Shown here: one piece after another, positions 59,016 through 64,000 of the stretch | Layout: each line of letters opens with the position of its first letter | How positions within the stretch are numbered: the first letter of the stretch is position 1 | NCBI GenBank assembly: GCA_965637545.1 | Contig: OZ281495.1 | Location: 15,314,001 to 15,378,000, forward strand | DNA from: Phallusia mammillata | Lineage: Eukaryota | DNA: 64,000 nucleotides | Reading direction: 5' to 3' | The notes under the pieces: generated by a model | The model's database searches: none | The model's input: only the letters and a program-made list of their open reading frames with translations | What the model was told of the DNA's origin: nothing | Made by a program: the position numbers and the translations under genes

Positions 59016-60125
59016 ACTTAGCTGCCTTACCCCAAAGACAAAAAGAGACAGTCACGTATAACGCCACGTACTATGTTTAACCTTGTAATTGCACCACAGA
59101 AAAATCCCGAAGCGAATATTGGTATAAAACCGCAATGTTTAATCAGATTTTTAAATTTGCCAAAAACTATTGTCAGGAACTTTCGGCGTCCCAAAGCTAA
59201 AGTTCGACTATTTACTTCGCCAGCAATCAATCTTTTCATATTTTTTAATTTGTCTGACAGTTCTTGGTAGAATAGCATTATCTTGGTCCGACGGTCATGA
59301 AATTCCATGAAATGCATTTTTAAATTCAGTTGAAAGCTCGGTTGCGTTACAATTACACAAATCGTGATCACAAAATGAATAACCATTTGCAGGTTGTCAA
59401 CAGCTGAAGCATTGTATGCTGTGATCAGCTATTGTCAACATCTTACTAAGTTAGTAAGATATAGGCGACCCTTGTCTTTTTCGTTTGAAACCGAACATAA
59501 TGCTTTCAGTTTGATTTAACTTTTCATTCTTATTTCGGAAAAAAATATGATTTGCCAGGGTCCTAATATTCTAATAGTGCGCATGTTAATATCGAAAATT
59601 TAATTGAGGATGTAGATGTTTAAACTACCAGTATATTCCAATTATTGAAACTTCCTACAAATTAAGAACCATGTAACATATAACGAACGTTTTACCAAAT
59701 TCTAAATATATTTAGTATTGTTTGTCGTTTAATATAACAATCGGGTATTGGGCTGTGACATATTCAGTGTCGCTTTTTAACAAAACATTTAACATAATAT
59801 TTAAACAACTTGTTAATTTACTGTAGCATGGTTTATTTGTTTGATGCGAGCGCCCACAGAAATATATTTTAGCAACGTTGGTTTGTTGCTGCATGCTGCA
59901 TCCTAACGTCTTTTAGGCTGGCAACCCCTGAATGTGACATGTTTAAAATAAATCTGTCGTTCCGTCCGTTGGGTCATGTTTTACTTCATTTTTTACGAAG
60001 TTGGGCGATTTTGAATTAAAACTCACCACATTGTAAACACAATTTGACAATTACGCTCATGAGTCAATTCCAACCTTTAGATATTCAATTGGTATAAATT
60101 TCTCTTCTGAACAAAATATCGGATA

Positions 60126-60689
60126 CAGTCAAACTTCGATATTTTGCCACCTTGCTATTATGCCACCCTCGCTACTATACCATTTTTGATCGTCACCAAC
60201 TAAATTCAATAGAAAATATATTTACTATGCCACCCCTTACCCTTGATACTATGACACATGAGAGTACAGTACTGTACTAACGGTGTGGTTATGGATTAAA
60301 CAATTGGGCCTTCTGACAACTTTCGGTTTGAGCTTATGATAAAACAGAGAAAACACGAAAAACAAATCGTTGAATAAACAAACGTGGTCATGTTAAGAGG
60401 TTTCACGGCTTTGCAGCGAGTTATGTAAAATCCGTTCTGTGCTTGTGTCACGGCAAAACTAACAGATCTTGTTTGTTCTAGGCACGATCTATTCGTTTTT
60501 TTGTAATAAATTATACTGTATACTGTACTTTATACTAATAAATTATAATGGTACAACACAACGTGGCATTACAGTACATTGTCACGTCACAAGGCTATGT
60601 TTAAAAACAACCCTCGCTATTATGCCAACCTCGCTACCATGCCACTTTCTCTCGGTCCCAAAGGGTGGCATAATATCGAAGTTTGACTG
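60126..60689. mobile_element. Tc1/mariner-superfamily (Tigger/pogo-like) MITE
   Basis: TA|CAGTCAAACTTCGATATTTTGCCACC ... GGTGGCATAATATCGAAGTTTGACTG|TA, with repeated CTCGCTATTATGCCA motifs. Confidence 0.9.
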
Positions 60690-61955
60690 TAGTATCAACA
60701 CAGGTTGTTTCCGGCGGAGATTCTCACTCGCTGTTGTTAATTCAGATGAACAGCCCAAATCTATTATCTCTGATGAGCTGCACTATCTCTGCTTTAGCTA
60801 GCACATACTTTTAAGCATTGATTTCCAAATCGTTTCGACCATCGTACCACTTGTAGAATTTGTACAATATTGGCATATGCATCTGATTTAATACAGGTCA
60901 TTTTGTGGCGTCCTAAACATGTTAAATGCGTTTAAACCATGATGGCACAGGAATGCATTATACATTGTATATCATACTTGCACAGGAAGTAGCACAAGAA
61001 GTGTCCCAAACCGAAATGTTTCGTAGTCGGTCGGCTTCGTCGAAATGTAACCTATCTCATGAAACATGGCATCTACTTATACCACCAGAGGTACCTGTTC
61101 ATCCGGGTACAAAACGCCACACAGATATGTGTTGTACAGGTAAACATCCAGAAACAATGGAAATACGACGTTTTTTTCATAGCCAATGTGTCGCACATCA
61201 AGTGAGATTATCTGGTTTACTTTATGAACACACGTCATACCTACACCTACATCCAAGGACCTTTACATATGTTTGACTATATACTTAATGTAAAATCGCC
61301 GGCACACAAAATTCGCAGCGCAGAAGCTTTAAAACTAGTATGTGTCGTCATCAAGAGTTAAGATGATCACGCGATAGATTAGGTTCATCAGGCAATAACG
61401 TACAGGTACATGTATTAAACGTCGCAACTTACTCACTGACGCCCGACATAGTTCTCAATAACAATATTTAACACGAAAAAAAACGCATTTCATTTAAATG
61501 TCGCAGTTTCCACTGTTATACCTTTACCTCAAAAGCAAACGATTTATATTTACAAAGCCTTTATTAGTGTTTTAAAGATAACAGCAGTACTATAGGTAAA
61601 TACGACAGAATGTGCGTTTAAAACTAGTAGACAGAAACATCAAGTTTGCTGATAAAACAAATACATTCCTATTCAATGTCAAAGTTGCCACATGGAAACT
61701 GAGAACATCAATGCCCCAGTAACCTACTTTCAAAGCAAAATTTATTAATGGTCTACGGATCTGAACATCAAAATTTTTCTTAAATGTGTGCTTAGCCTGT
61801 ACCAGGCTTTGAACCGCTACAATGAACGAATTTTTCATCAAATTGTATCGTTTTTTAATGCCCCTCAGCATTATTATAAATGTTAATTATGTACAAGATC
61901 CCGCTACGTTCAGCTCATAGCTATATATATATATTTCTATATATATAAGTTTTGT

Positions 61956-63799
61956 TTAGCAAAATGCCAACAAGGTTGTGAACGTCATGATAAATAACAG
62001 ATAAAGATTGTACAAGATACTTCGGGAGGCGGCACATGTTGTAGTTGATAATGTTTCACTCAAAGTTGTCAGCTTCGTCGTGGTTTCAGTGCTGTTATTC
62101 GCCACAGTTACATTTAAGAGAGAGTTCGTAGATGCAGTTGCAACCTTAAAATGTTTTAGTTAAGTTTGTACAATTGTTTAGCCTAAAAGCCGTTAACCAA
62201 ATCACTTACAACAGCCCTGACAGGACTTCCAGTGGATTGAAATCCGACTTCAAGAGGTTGGTTGCTGGTCGATGCCAAGGCGACGTACAATGGTTTGCTG
62301 CCAACTTCAGCATCAACTTCTCTGCGTGATCTTGAGAAAAACCCAGCCAAAATCAACCTGCTGTTTAAATCATCGGAATTGATTGTGATAACAACAGTTG
62401 TTCCCTGGTGGTAAAATATAAGAGTTAAACCTACTTAATCTAGCATATATTTCATCAAACAAGACATCTGTTATTTCTGCAAACGTTTTGTGCATAAATT
62501 GTCATTGTACTGTCTGTGTTTTAAACTATGTATCTGATTAAAACTTACAGATGTTATTACAACCGAGAAATCATGCACAGCTGAGCTTGGATTTTGAATA
62601 GTTCCGGAAATATAGACGATCCCTGATCCACTGCCGGGAGTGACATGAAATTCAAGCTCGACTGATCCGTTATTGGGCAGCTGAATAGTTGAGTAGTATG
62701 TATTTCCAGGTGGCACGCTCACTTCAACTGTTGTGTTGTCCTAAAAAGCAAGGATTTTATAAGTTCTGTCATTTAAGCCACTAAACTTAGTTTAACATTA
62801 TATCGTACCGGGATTTCGGCAGAGGCCGTGCAAGCATCATTGCTCAGTTCACCTCTCAGCACAGTTATCAATTGACTAAAGTCGTCCAACTCAAATATTC
62901 GGCTTGGAACTCCGGCAATCTCCTCTAATTCATTATGATCGATTCCGCTTCCAATCCCAACAGCAAAGACAGTAATTTCTTCCCCTCGCGCCTGAAAATT
63001 TGTATAAAATGTTTTCGTATCAACCTTTGCGCGTTGGTCGTGTTGGATCGTGTTGCACAAACTGGACGTGTTGCTGTTGCAGTAATGTTCTGCAGCAAAC
63101 CCTACCATTTCAGATGGAGCTATAACATCGTCTGAGCTCTGTCCATCAGTAAGAACAACCAGAGCGCGAGGAACGCCTGCAGAAAGTGGCCTGAGACCGA
63201 AAGTTTCATTAAAACCAGTTTGCACAAGTTCGTTTATGGCATTTCCAGTGAACGTCCCTCCTGCGTTGTAATAAAGGTCACAGAACGTCCATTGTTAGTA
63301 TATGCACAATACAACCAACCAGAGAAATATGCAGTTGCAAGGACCGCGTTGAAAAAGGCGGTGTTGTTTGTGTGCTCGTTGAAGTGACTGATAAAATTAT
63401 GGCCACTTGAATAAACCGAAAAACCAAAGCGAACAGCGTCAGGTGCAATTAAGAACTGGGATGAAAGATTTGCGACAAACTGCAATGTTGTTTGAAAATT
63501 GTCTGATCCAATACTGCCCGAACTATCCACCAACAGCCAAATGTCAAGTTTGGAAACGATGCAACCTTTATAAATCCTAGTAAATTAAAAATTACAAATT
63601 AAACTAATCCGAGCGATTCCGAAACTAACCTGTTGCATTTTCATATGCAATCACACGCTCCTGGAAACCCTGTGCGTTTCCTGTGAGATTATAATAAGTA
63701 TTCCACCAGTTTGCTTGTTGGTCAAGTGACGCAGGAACACTTGTACCAGCTAACAATTGAACATAAAGACGAGCAGCCAAAGCTGACGTAAGCGGGATC
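61956..63799 (-). CDS. Array copy D (5' part beyond window): end of lysozyme-like domain - VWA - PPC-like(RSRR) - stalk - GPI signal
   Basis: IPLTSALAARLYVQ...QQANWWNTYYN; DSSGS MIDAS; LTDGQS; FFSRSRREV; ends CAASRSILYNLYLLFIMTFTTLLAFC*. All visible exons are open. Confidence 0.85.
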
Positions 63800-64000
63800 C
63801 TAAAAAGCACCATTGGCGTAGAATATACCATTTGGCGTTTACAGATAACGTTTAGCTTTGAGTTTGACGTTTTTACATACAAATCAAAAGACATCATTTA
63901 GATCTCAGAGTTTGAGTGCATGACAAACATCTAATTACTTCCGGAAAATGTTTAAGCAAAAACGTTTAAGTAAAGAGCACCTTGTGCGTGTTATCTTACT

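Noticed and set aside
59027-59386. ORF with hydrophobic start (MVIHFVITICVIV) as signal exon of copy C
   Set aside because: No suitable phase-2 donor. A better signal exon with the correct phase lies at 58300-58355.

Overview
AT-rich eukaryotic (animal) genomic DNA with short GT-AG introns and many hAT and Tc1-mariner MITEs. A compact-genome invertebrate such as an ascidian is plausible, but that is inference. The left half (1-30 kb) holds housekeeping genes: intronless TAMM41 (+), a hotdog-fold acyl-CoA thioesterase ending in SKL (-), a small unknown gene (-), EIF2B3 (+), an AMP deaminase (-) and an ABCC4-like transporter (-). A degenerate C-type-lectin membrane protein follows at about 33 kb. 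The right half (38-64 kb) is a head-to-tail array of at least four paralogs (A-D, all minus strand). Their shared architecture is signal peptide, lysozyme/lytic-transglycosylase-like domain, VWA (MIDAS), PPC-like beta-sandwich with an RSRR furin site, Ser/Thr stalk and GPI signal. Copy C is intact, and copy D is intact as far as visible. Copy B has one stop exactly at the lysozyme-like/VWA junction. Copy A has two stops confined to the lysozyme-like exons, has lost its C-terminal exons, and is followed by an inverted copy of the VWA exon. This array is the most interesting system in the window. All gene models were spliced by eye, so boundaries may be off by a few bases.
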